Positions 23,491 to 52,231 of a DNA stretch of 64,000 nucleotides are shown here, piece by piece. How positions within the stretch are numbered: the first letter of the stretch is position 1; every line of letters begins with the position of its first letter. The stretch is from NCBI GenBank assembly GCA_002269645.1, contig NIVC01002967.1, forward strand, positions 64,323-128,322, read 5' to 3'. The translations under genes and the position numbers were made by a program. A model generated the notes under the pieces. That model was not told the origin of the DNA, did no database searches, and saw nothing but the letters and a program-made list of their open reading frames with translations. The DNA is from Macrostomum lignano. Lineage: Eukaryota.

Positions 23491-24524
23491 AAAATAGAAC
23501 AGAATCTGCTTCTTATTACAGCAGTAATTCCTTATACTTTACACGTCACTTGAGAGTGACCACCCTAAAATTTTTGTTAGTTTTTTAATTTTCATTTAAA
23601 ATGTCTAAAGAAAATCCTGAAAAAAAATTATCGAATCTATCTTTCAAAATAATTATCCTTAAGCTCAAAAGTTTTAACAAAAAGTAATGTTCTGCAAGAT
23701 CTGTGCTAGAAGGCTTGGACAAAAATTGATTTTAGTCCAGGAGTAACATTGTAACAAATTTATAAAAAGCATTTTTAACTATTCCAAGCACCGGCATATG
23801 GTATAACAAAAAAATTGTTTTAGTGCATGGTGCATTAGAAAAAAATGGGAGAAGTTTATTCTAGCGCACATGGTATACCTTCCTGACTATGGTATTTTAT
23901 TAGGTATATTTCCGATTTTTATAAAACCTAATATTGAGTAATTTATTCTCAAAGTTGCACATATATTTGTTTTTATACAATTTTTACCTTATGGTATTCT
24001 CACTAAAGTCCCTATGCTATTTATTGCTTTAAAATTGCCAAAAATGAATTTGAAAAAACTTGCCCGGTTAATTTTTGGATTTTGCCTTCTTTTAGGGCAG
24101 GCCCTAATTAAGGACTTCAATAAGATTTTGAAAGTTGAAAATGATATAGAAAAAATAAAAATTTATAATTCTAACACTCTCCTCTGGCTTTATCAAATGT
24201 ATGTATAAAAATACAAAAAAAACTTTCAAAATCTTAGTGAAGTCCTTATCCTAATAAAGAAGTTGTAGACTACTTCAAGTTACAATAATTTTCATAGAAT
24301 GAATTATAATAAACAAGCTGTTGAAACCCGCGGATTTTGAACCCGGGGAACTCCATTTCCCGGAATTATTTTTGCATGTATTCTAAAATCTAAGGTAAAA
24401 CTTAAACAAAAACTTGTTCCCTTGTTAATAGTTAGGATAGAGTTAAACATAAAGTAGTGCACATTCATGTAAAATTAGGATTTGAGGCAAACATTGATAT
24501 TGTTGGCTGGGGTGCTGCGCAGAA

Positions 24525-26030
24525 TGTCAGGCAAACTCTGGCCTTTACGTACCTCTGCCTCTCCCTATGTCCTTTGCATCCTTTGAAACTTCCATCTTCT
24601 TTTCTGTTTCTTATCTTCTCTCTCGTCTCTTCTTTTTCTCCCCTCTTATCTCTTCTTTCTTCTCTCCTCTCTCGTCTCTTCTCTCATCTCTTCTCTCATC
24701 TCTTCTCTCATCTCTTCCCTCTCCACTCTATTCTTTTCTCTCTCTTCTCTCTTCGCTCTGGTCTCTGGTCTCTCATATCTCCTTTCTCCTGTTTTATCTT
24801 TTCTCATTTCTCTCTGCTCTCTACTCTCTCTTCCCTCACCTCTCTTCTCACTCCTTACTCTACCCTCTCTCAACACTTTCCTTATCTCTACTCTCTCCTT
24901 TTTCCTCTCTTCTCTCAACTCTTTCCTCTCCTCTGTCCACTCTCTCCTCTCATCTCTCTGCTCTCTCCTATCCTATCTCTCTTCTCTCTCTTCTCTCCCC
25001 TCTTTCCTCTCCTCCCTCGTCCTTTTCACCAATTTCCCCTGTCCTCTCGATTCTCTCCCTTCCCCTCCTCTCTCCTCACTCACTTCTCATCTCTCCTCTT
25101 TTCTCTCTATTCCCCTATCTCTCGTCTGTTCACTCTCGTTTCTGCTCTCATCTCCCCTCTCTTATCTGTCATCTTTACTCTCATATGTTCTCTCACCTCT
25201 CTTCCCTTGTACTCCTCTCTTTCCCCTTTTTGACTCAGGAGGACTCGATCCTTTCTTCTTTCTTCTCATCTCTTCTCTTCTCTCTTCTATACTCTCCCTC
25301 TCTTGTCTTCTCTCTTCTCTCTCACTCTCCTCTCTCCTCTCTTATATCGTCTGTTCACTCTCATCTTTGCTCTCTCATTTCCCTCTCTCTTCTGTCATCT
25401 CTACTCTCCTCTCTACTGTGTACTCTTCTCTTTCCCCTCTTCTGACTCCTCTCTTTCCTTACTCCTCTCTTCTCTTCCCTTTTCTATACTCTCTCCCCTC
25501 TATTCTCTTTTCTTGTCTCTCCGCACTCTGCTCTCTCTTCCTTCATCTCTCATCTCTACTCTACTCTCTCATATTTCCTTTCATCTCACTCATCTCTACA
25601 ATCTCATCTCTTTCCTCTCTCCTCCTCTTCCCTTTACTCTATCATCTCTCCTTTGTCCTCTCTTCTTTCTCAACTCTCTCTCTCTCTCATCTCTATCTTC
25701 TCTCTTCTCACTCGTCTCTCCCCCTTTTATCTCCTCCCCTCTATCCTTTCTAATCCCCCTCTCGATACTCTCATCTCCTCTTTGTTCTCTCATCTCACTC
25801 TTCTCTACTCTCCTCTCTCATCGATCCTCTGTCTCATCTCTCCCCTCTTCTCACCTTTACTCTTTCCTCTCCCTCCTTTCTCCCCTCCTCTCGCTTCTTC
25901 CTCCCTTCTTCTCTGCTCTCTCCTCACCACTTGTCTCTCCTCTTATCTTCCATGTTTTCTCTTATCCCCGTCTTGCCTCTCCTCTCTTCTAATAGTCTAT
26001 TCCTTCCTTTCCACTCTCATCTGGCCCGCA
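24525..26030 (-). repeat. 1.5-kb CT/GA low-complexity tract, possibly the expanded interior of a hAT MITE
   Basis: Pyrimidine-only strand. It begins with gtcaggcaaactctggcc, whose reverse complement matches the MITE end at 63706-63720. Confidence 0.7.
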
Positions 26031-26689
26031 CATAAGCTGGATTCTTTATCTGGCTTTTGAAGTAAAAGTCTGCCGATCCCTGCTTTCAAAGCCAGTTTGT
26101 GGGACGTACTACTCTCATCGTTATTCTCATGCTTTGATCACGTCATCTTTCTTGCCAATTTGCAGCCCTGAAAGGAATTTGTGTATCTTCAGCTCCACTG
26201 CAGTCTGCATCAGTCTAACAACAAATGAAATACGCATTTCTTAGGCCATTTAAATTTCAAAGTACTTTTAAGAGAAACTTAAAATTTCAATGGTGTGCCT
26301 AATTTAGTAGGGTTGTATTTCATTGCATTGCATTGCCTTTTCATAAATCTTTCGCTTTTACAAACCATGCTGGATTCCCTCGATTTGCCAATTGCCATCC
26401 AGTGTTAAACTGCTGCAGAGTTTGCCAATACAGAGGGGAGGGCAGTGGTTAGAATTTCTCACTAAAATGTTGTGGCTAAACGTAGCCTCTCCACTCTTGA
26501 GGTGCAGAGAAGGCTATAAATAAAGTTATTCCAAAACACTGTACATTTGCTATGTACATTCAGTCCTATCGCCTGACCCTTCGTCTGGGCTGGGGGAATG
26601 AGTGAGTGAGAGGCACAAACAACAGAAAAAGCAGACAAAATTCACATGCTTTCAGTTTCTGTCCTGATTGAGATACAGAGTTGAGACTT

Positions 26690-27226
26690 TACATGTAGGC
26701 AGAGAATGAGTCAATAAAGAATTGTGTCAAATTTGAAGTCAATCACTTAATTTGGAGCAAACTTATGGCAGCCGAAAGTTAGTCATTTTAAAACCCATTT
26801 ACACCCTTTGCCCAGATCGGGAAAGAGGCAGGCGGGCGGAGGTTGGGGTGGCTGTCTCGCTGAAAAAAACAGCCAAACTTTAAAAGTGCACAGCGCCGTT
26901 CAGGATTAACTTTGAGACTCGAAATTTTACACGATTGTGTCAAAATAGTTGAAAATTGATTGTGTCAAATTTGAAGAGGATCGGTAGAAGTGGAGCGGTG
27001 CTAAGGAGGCTTTAGTAAAAAAAATCGCGCATTTTGAGCAGTTTTTTGCACTTTTAGGTAGGAAGACTCAAATTTAGGAAATTTAAAGGTAGCCTAAGAC
27101 ATTCTCCGTAGTGAGTTTAGGGTGGGTGTAAAATTTGGTGTCATTTGGTTGAGCGGTTTGGGAGTCCATAGCGATCAAAATTGTCCACACACAGACAGAG
27201 TTTTGACTTTTATAGGTAGAGATTAT
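26690..27226 (+). mobile_element. Putative non-autonomous Helentron/DINE-like element
   Basis: Three copies of tgt(g)(t)caaattt(g)…cgg/tgg modules and a 3' end cacacacagacagag…ttttataggtagagat typical of HINE/DINE-like elements. Confidence 0.4.
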
Positions 27227-27274
27227 AGTAAAAAGGTAAAAAGTTACTAAACATGACTGTATAGTAACTTGAAA

Positions 27275-27712
27275 GGCAATCCTGAAGATTCCCGCGTTGA
27301 ATTATTTTACACATTTTTATACACATTTCAGCCATAGAATTATGGCAGGGCAACCTCCAGCACCCCAGACAATCGTGGATCCTCAAGAAGTTACACTGAC
27401 TATTGAACTAGCTGAACTTAGCATCAACCATTGTGAATTGATGGCTCTAACTAATGAGACAGGCATCCAATGGCTGGCCAAGTATGGGCTGCTATGAAAT
27501 TCCAGGCCATGCACGGGACTTCGGATGCCTTTTTTAGCACATACCTGCAATAGTTCATGTGGCGCCGGGCCTTCCTAGACCATCAGTTTGGCAATATCCT
27601 ATACTGGATTAGATACTATTACCCGTGCCAGTAGTGTAACACTGACAGACTTTTTTTATTGGATTGCTTTAATTCCATAAAATAATTAAATGTGGGAATC
27701 TTCAGGATTGCC
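27275..27712 (+). mobile_element. Merlin (IS1016-like) internal-deletion derivative, 438 bp
   Basis: TIR ggcaatcctgaagattccc (19 bp perfect) and 8-bp TSD acttgaaa/acttgaat. It retains the transposase N-terminus (QWLAKYGLL) and C-terminus (YLQ*FMWRR…FGNILYWI..YYP). Confidence 0.9.
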
Positions 27713-29999
27713 ACTTGAATTAGCATATAAAATTAATGCAATAGAATAGATAGATGGCTAGGCCCAGTTTATTTATAGGCCTAGGCCTAGACTTAAGAGA
27801 AGTCTAGCCCAGTGTTAGTCCTACTTTATGCTAGTAGCACTTAGGTCTTAGTAGCCTACTATGGTACTGTGAATTAAAGGATTAATGTAAATGACAGTGT
27901 AGAGTTAAGAGTAACCAAACATTTTGATGCTTATGCTTAGTCTTAACGGCTAACGCCTAGTCGCCTAACTGCTAATTGACTTGCACCTTGGTAGGCTAGG
28001 CACCTTAGGTTAGACTTGCAAATTAAGCTAGTCCGAAGACTTGAATCTTAGGATGGCCTGATGGCCAGAATTAGTCACAAATAAGACAAATTCATTTGAG
28101 AAAGAAAACTTACCTGCAACTGTGAACTGTAACGAATGAAAGCAAAAGCTGCGAGACTACTGTCGAGAGAAAATAAAAGCAACCTCAACCTCGGACGCTT
28201 TTTGCGGTCTCGTCATGAATAGGAGACGATATTTTTTTCATTCAAAAACACATCGCGAGAAATTAATAATCCAACGGGTCTCCCTCTGTGGCAGGTGGCT
28301 GCCCCTTTATCAATTTGGTCTATTAAATTTTACATTAATATATAGTTATTATTTTAATAAAACTTTAAATCGGTTTACCTTTACGTGATCGTGTTGTCCC
28401 AACCCGGAATTGTTCTCCCACGCCGGGACGTTTTCCGTCACGCTCCCCGTCCCGTAATGGGAGTGCTAATCTCCCTTTTGCGTATAATTTTTTCCAGTTG
28501 CTTATTATACTTCGTAAGACCCTTAATTCAATACTTTTGCTTTTCCTACCGCGGCTGGTCCCTGTGCGTGTTTAATTTTTCCTTTTTGTGGTCCAGCCGA
28601 GGTAGAGTTTGAGGCAATTATATATTGATGTTCGTTTCGGTGTAAACTGCATCCTTCTCCGCCTCCTCGTCCTTTTCTTAGTTTTCTGTTTCTAGTTTTG
28701 TCATTCGATTTACTTGTGCGCCTATCCAGTTTATTTATCTTAATTAGCCGTTAGCACCGCGCGGCCCGCAGAATCAACTCGACGTAAACGATTAACAACA
28801 TCAATTTAACATTCTCTCCGTTATATTAATAAAGATACTAATAAATCAATAAACGTAACAGCCATATTTATTCGTTGACGTTAAGCCATAGCCTATCTTG
28901 AGTTATTTGCCCGTGGGGCGTAAAACAACCAATTAAAGTTCTCAGCTCAAGAAAGCTCAGAGACCTATTCGTTCCATAATACGTAAATTACGGTGGTGGC
29001 AGCTCTACCCTACTGGAATTAACAAGCTTAGAAAAATCGACACGCTCAATTTCGGTGTCTGAATCTACGGTGTCTTATCATTTGAACGACCGCGCCGCTA
29101 CACGACCGCGCTCCGGCCGCTACGATTACGACTATACCCTCCCCCGGACTTGAGGACCCCGGCAGTCGGAGTAAAACAGGAGAAAAATTCCGTTGTGATT
29201 CGTCTGCGCGATAATTTCCGGCTTTATTCGTGCGAACGCAACGTCGACCGGTTTCGAAGAAACCCCAATTGAAAACCCCAAGTTTTATCAGTTTCCAATT
29301 TTATTTTTTCTTTCTCCGCCCCACCTCACCTCAAACACGCCCCGCTCGCCTTTCACATTACACATTAAAACAAATTGGACATAACTGAAGACAGTTCAAA
29401 ATGTGTTTTCTGGTAAGCTTCAATTGATGAGGACGCACTTTTTCCCAAATCCCGCGCTAGCACATGGGCTCTGAACTTACTAGCCTACTGACAGCAGGCT
29501 AAGGGCATTTTTATTCTTTTTCTGCGAATTGTCCTAGAATCTATACTAGATATAATGTTTGGTCATACTAGTAGTCATAATAACATAGGCGCAGCTTTTT
29601 GGGTCGTAAATCATCGCTTTCAAAGTTTGTCTGACAGCCACTGCGCCTCACTCAGTGTTGAGGCTGGCGCCAGATGGCCTGAGGGGATGCGAATAGCAGC
29701 TTTTTTCTTATCGTTTTGACAGGCCATCAAGATTTATGAGGTCAGAGCCTATTGTTCGTGTTCACTCAAGCGTGTGACAGCTTTGACAGCTATGCATTTT
29801 ACCCCTAGGCTAAAAGTACTTTGGGATTAGCGATTAGTGATTTCTCTTCATTATCTTCACTTTCTATTTAATAAGAGCTTTCTAATGTATATATTTCATT
29901 AATTTCTGTCAATCCTACGCGAAAAGTCATAAATCATTTTGTTGCGATTTTGATTGATTTATGACCGCACCTGTCATCTTTTTACGACCCTGTAAACCC

Positions 30000-30600
30000 T
30001 GTAAGGATCTCCCGGTCACGTGATTCTGGGTAGCAACAAGCTTATAGCCAATCAAAAAATTCGGCACTCATTTTAACAAAACGGCTCAGCCAATCAGAAT
30101 CGACGTCTTCCATTATAACAAACTGCGGTCCAGTTGGCGGTTATTTAAACCGGTGTTTTTGGCCCGCTCGGACCTCAACTTTCCTGGTTCCTGCTCCACC
30201 GGCCAGGAACTGACCGTCGTTTCTTGATCCCCGCGGATTGCGACTTCCCCCCATCATCATCAAGGACGAATCCCCCGGTCATCAGCAGCGAACATCAAAG
30301 TTAAGATCATCACCTGCTAGCTATCTGCGAAGACTGTGACAGCATCATCCTGAGTCTACAGCTGCAGAGCATCAAGCCTGTTAGTCTGGGGACCGGGAAG
30401 GCCAGCGCAGAGTGCGCAGCTGTAGCTGTTCCTTCAGTTGACTAACAGCATCGGCTTGGTGTGGCGGCGTTGTTCCTGGGCTTGGGTCTGCTTAATGTCC
30501 AGGCCTGGACCATTAAGCAGACCCAAGCCACCCCCAAGCGGCAATAAGCTTTGCGCGTCCCCTGAAAAAATAATTTCGCTTAGTGGGGTAGAACTTTTGA
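30000..30600 (+). mobile_element. LTR-like sequence (TGTAAG start, two CCAAT boxes, TATTTAAA) containing a 51-nt palindrome
   Basis: tgtaagg at ~30000, agccaatca at ~30047 and ~30088, tatttaaa at ~30143. No matching end or TSD was found. Confidence 0.35.
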
Positions 30601-30609
30601 CTGTTGCTG

Positions 30610-31065
30610 AGTAGTTGCTCCAACTGCAAACCCGAAGAGCGCGCTTCAAAGTCATTGATCAATGCTCATTTGACTCCAAACTCCAGATACGTGAAGCGTT
30701 GTACATTAAAGCGCATTCCCCCCAACCTCAACACTCAACTCCAACACAGTGGCGCGGGACATGTTCTCCGTGTGTTCTGAGGGAGCTGGGGACACCGGAT
30801 GTTACATTATATACTTCTAACTATATCGCTATCATTCCATCCCTGGACATTGCCTCTTGACTTTTAGACCAACAAACATGTACTTCAAATATTGATTTAC
30901 ACCCCAAAATTTTGTATTTATTTACTGCCGATCTCACTCTCGTTTCTTTAGCTCAAAAATAAACCTGAAGATGCACAGTATCGTGCGAAACGCGTCGTTC
31001 AAATTAATTAATTTAATATTGATTTTTGCCTTCCTATTCATCGTACTTGCCAAGCCAGCAACTTA
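30610..31065 (+). mobile_element. Penelope-like element 3' fragment: GIY-YIG endonuclease C-terminus plus pLTR
   Basis: FKVIDQCSFDSKLQIREALYIKAHS-(frameshift)-PNLNTQLQ…VF* followed by an AT-rich UTR carrying a hammerhead. Confidence 0.8.
30962..30999 (+). ncRNA. Minimal type I hammerhead ribozyme of the Penelope-associated class
   Basis: Stem I aac/gtt, core CTGAAGA, stem II gcac-agtatc-gtgc, GAAA, palindromic acgcgt stem III, and GTC cleavage triplet at 30994-30996. Confidence 0.75.
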
Positions 31066-33894
31066 CCTGCAATTTAGTTAAAGTAGAGAATTTCTCTAAG
31101 AATCTTATATTTTTAAGGTGGGACTTTTTAATTTAAACTTTTTTCTCTCAATTTTCTCGCTATATAGCTCGTAATAATTTTTACTTAATATTGAAAACAA
31201 TTAAAAAAGCACATTTTCTTAAGAACCAATTTCTTCTTCACTTTTAAAAATCACCTTACGAGCGTATTCGTGTAAACTTGTCACGGACAAAGATGTTTGC
31301 TATGAATCACTTTTTCTCTAAAATTAGTTAGCGAAATTGCCAGCAGTGCAAAATCGGCGCTAGTGATGCGCTAGTGGCTCGGGTAGTATAATCACTATGC
31401 GATCTCTAAAATTTCAGGTTACATGTAGTCTATCATCAGTGCTACAAGAAGGCTGGTTAGCAAGTTGCAGGCTAGAATTGTACAATATCTTTCTTATTTA
31501 GCAAATTAATAGTACATGTAGCTAGTCTCGCCAGCGTAAGAACCCTCTGCACAAGTCCCCTCTGTCCCCGCATGGCCAATACGATCGAATCCCAGCAGTG
31601 TCCCAATTATCATCGGCTATGACTTCGAGAATGACGACAAAAAGGCACTAGTTGGCAAGTAAGTGCAAAGCCCCCTTTCTAGTCGGAAGCCCGATTTCGA
31701 AAGCTCCGGTTTGGTGAGCCGGTGCACGGGCTGGTGCATGGCGGCGGGTCAGTTATCTGTGGATTAGCCAATCTCTACCTTTAAAATTCTCCCTGCTTGT
31801 CTCTCGCTGTCCCTCTCTTAGCTATATGACCTAGACTGCTCGCCACAGATCAAGCTACCTTGGGGCTGACCATCTGACAGGAGTGGAGAGGTCAGGACTC
31901 TAATTGATTCATTTCTGAGGCCTGAGGCCCTGAAGCTTTAATGCCAAAAAGATCGAAACCCATCACTATCTATCTGCTTCCAAAAAAGCTAGGTATGTAA
32001 CAGTCAAGGACCACTAGCATAAAGTTAAGTAGTTAAGTAGTCCTTGGTAACAGTTTTTTTGTGCCGCAGAAAAATAATTAATTTCCTTTCTCTAAATTGC
32101 CTTCTTCACAAATCTGGTCCTGAAAATTTTATTAAGAAGAATGTTTCGCGTCCTACTTAATCAAGCCGTCCTTTATTTTACCGTTAAAAATATTATTTCT
32201 ACTGCAGCCCCCAAGCGTTAGCTACTCGTATATGGGCTATAGTCTATCATCAATAGAGCAAAAATGTATAGATGTACGCAGAATACGACGTAGCTGCTTA
32301 TACTACTCTAGGTGTATCTATCTACATGTACATATCATAATTGTATACCATAGCATAGTTGAAGATACGCAAACATTGTTAGAACGCTGGAACATGAAAT
32401 TTACAATTAAATATTTAACGCTTTCAGTAAAGGCAAATATGAGTACTTTATTAATTATTTGCAAAATCATGTCACCTACTGCCCCATTTTATTTATGGAT
32501 AGTAGCATGCAAAGTTTAACAGGCGAATAAAATGACTGGCAAAGTAACATAACAGATCTCGTGAAAATTTTGACATTCAATAGTAAAGTAATCATTATTG
32601 AGCATGAGCAATTACCAAGTTTTTACAAAATTTTCAGTCTATATGAGCACAGCTTTCAGTGATGCATAATATTTAGACGTTTTATAAAATAGCCAAGCCT
32701 ATATATATGCGTTTATACCATATATAGATATAGACCTTGTGCCATTGATCAAGAAATTGCATCTCGATGGCGCAGATTAATATTAATAACAAAATACTAG
32801 TAAAGCAAGTTGTCTGTCAACAATATGTAAAATTACTACTACAAGTAAAAGGATGAAAAGTTATTGTTTCTTAGAATTTTAAATGAATCAATTATTGTCT
32901 CATGCTCAAAAAAAGATTTACATATGTGCAGTGAAAATTCAAAAAAGTATTAATGTGCAAATTTAAAACAACCAGCAAGCTTTCAAACTTTTTTCAAGAA
33001 AAAGAGCGCTTCATTCTTCAACTTTTAAAATAAGTATAAATAGCTATTTTTAGAATATAAACACCCGAAAGTCATCGAAAATTAGAAAATAATTTTTGTT
33101 ATACGTACAACGAAAGCTGTCTTAATTTCCAGTCAACTACTGAATATGAAAAAGCGAAAAGAAGTAGGCTATCACGGGTATTGCTATCGTCTTTTGTCAT
33201 TCAGAGAAAAAATAAGTCCTCAATATTTCAATCAAAAAAGGAAATTCTAGACACAAATAACTAAAGTTTGAAGAAACCAGTGCGTGAAAGGCACAACTCA
33301 GGTTTTACATGCAGACATGGCGAAACACAGCTGTGTTGAAAATAGTATTTTAAGCCAGCTAATATTGAATAAATAAATAAAAAATTCAAGAAAGTAAAAA
33401 GCTTTAAATGGTCCGTATACTTTCCTAGGCATTTATAATAAAACGTTCTCTTGTCATAATAGAAACATAAATATAGTTATAACAAATCTGAAATCCTTTT
33501 GTAAAAGTTTCAAACAACACCTATTGAACCTGAAACTACAAACATTTCGATGTTTTAAACTATCGCAGTATCCATTAATTAAAAGTGGAGATTAAACAAA
33601 TTGAGGTCAAAATGGTGAAAAAATAAAGCTACTTTAAAACATTACATTGTCGAATAAACTAGCTAAGAAAACGGTGCCTAAATTATTAGACATGAACACA
33701 GAAACTTCACAGAATGCTCAATAGTTTCTATTTACACCATACTATTAGAATAAAAAAGCATTTGCGCTTAAACTACTCTTTGGGTGAAGAAAGGGAACAG
33801 TAGTATGTGCCATAGACAGAATTGCTTGAGCCTTATCTATTCATCGGGGCTAGGAAAACTTTTATTTTACCTCAGATGGAGAACCCAGCCTATG

Positions 33895-34032
33895 ACTACG
33901 GGCCAGAGGAGGGGAGAGAAGAGAGACAAGAGTGAGAACAGAGATGAGAAGAGAGCAATTACCTGGAACCGTGAAGTTTCAAAGCACCCGAGGGCAGCAT
34001 GTGACTCGTGGGCCGGAATTCGCTAACCCCTG
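33895..34032 (+). mobile_element. hAT-type MITE right part, with GA-rich interior
   Basis: tgaagtttcaaag…gggccggaattcgctaacccctg parallels the copy at 63.6-63.7 kb and the CAGGGG… hAT TIR consensus. Confidence 0.5.
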
Positions 34033-34273
34033 ATTCACATCAATTTACTAGCATTCCTACTAATTCCTTTCACCAGAGAGCAGTAGGCTGCTTAGCATTT
34101 TAATTTTAACTTTAATTTCAACTTAGCATTCTGCGGATTTTCTGCTAACATTACCAACAACTATAGTCAAAAATTTCAAATTGAATACAAAAACTTTCAG
34201 TCAGAGGTAAGAAAGTGACACGCGGACCACCGACACAGGTAGAAGCTGAACAAGGCACAGAGTTGAAATCGGG

Positions 34274-51494
<17,221 letters not shown>

Positions 51495-52231
51495 TGTAAA
51501 GAAGGCAAAACAAAAAAGAATTAAATAATAGTAGTTTTAAGTTTTATGTAAGGCAGTTTATCACATCTTAAAATGGAACATATTATGGAATTGTCTGCCA
51601 AAAGCAAACTGAAAATTTGGTCGCGAAAGACAAATAAACACTTTTAATAAACAATCTTTACTAAGCCACTTAAAAATAAATTTATTACAATGCCCTGGCT
51701 CTCCAGCTAGGGGAACCTTATGATGATAACGCCGATATTTGAATAATATGTTACAAAACTTGAAATCTGCTTAAATTTTACAAGTTAAAAGTTATGTTTC
51801 TTACAAAGCGTCTACAGTTGTGGTAGTTATAACAAAATTTTATTCTAGATCGAAAAATCAAGCGACTTTTTTCAGAGTGATCCTTCTACTATTTATGAGC
51901 ATATAAAATTAAAATTTGTTAAACTAGCTCTAATTTCTGTCAATCAAATCTTAATAATAATACTCTTTATCGGCGGTTCCTAGAGTTCGGATTCGCCAAA
52001 CTATAGTGCAAATATTTTTGCGAAGTGCTTTCGTTTTGATTTACCTTTCTAAGGAAGAGAAAATATTTCTTAATTTATTCTATAAAATGATAGCATTTTC
52101 CCATTGTTGTTTTTGCACAGGCATTTTAAGTATTAAAGATGTCTACTTGATCATGTCATGTGTAGTACATGTAACTGTAAAATTATACATTTTTGATGGA
52201 GAGAAAAGGCAGACTATAAAAAATCGATTAC

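Noticed and set aside
24457-26060. Leu/Ser/Phe-rich ORFs of 135-292 aa
   Set aside because: They arise from a stop-poor CT tract and are not coding.
26000-28620. Possible minus-strand exons at ~26020-26220, ~28110-28250 and ~28380-28610
   Set aside because: Splice-like signals are present, but the frames are short or broken and have no recognisable homology, so no model can be supported.
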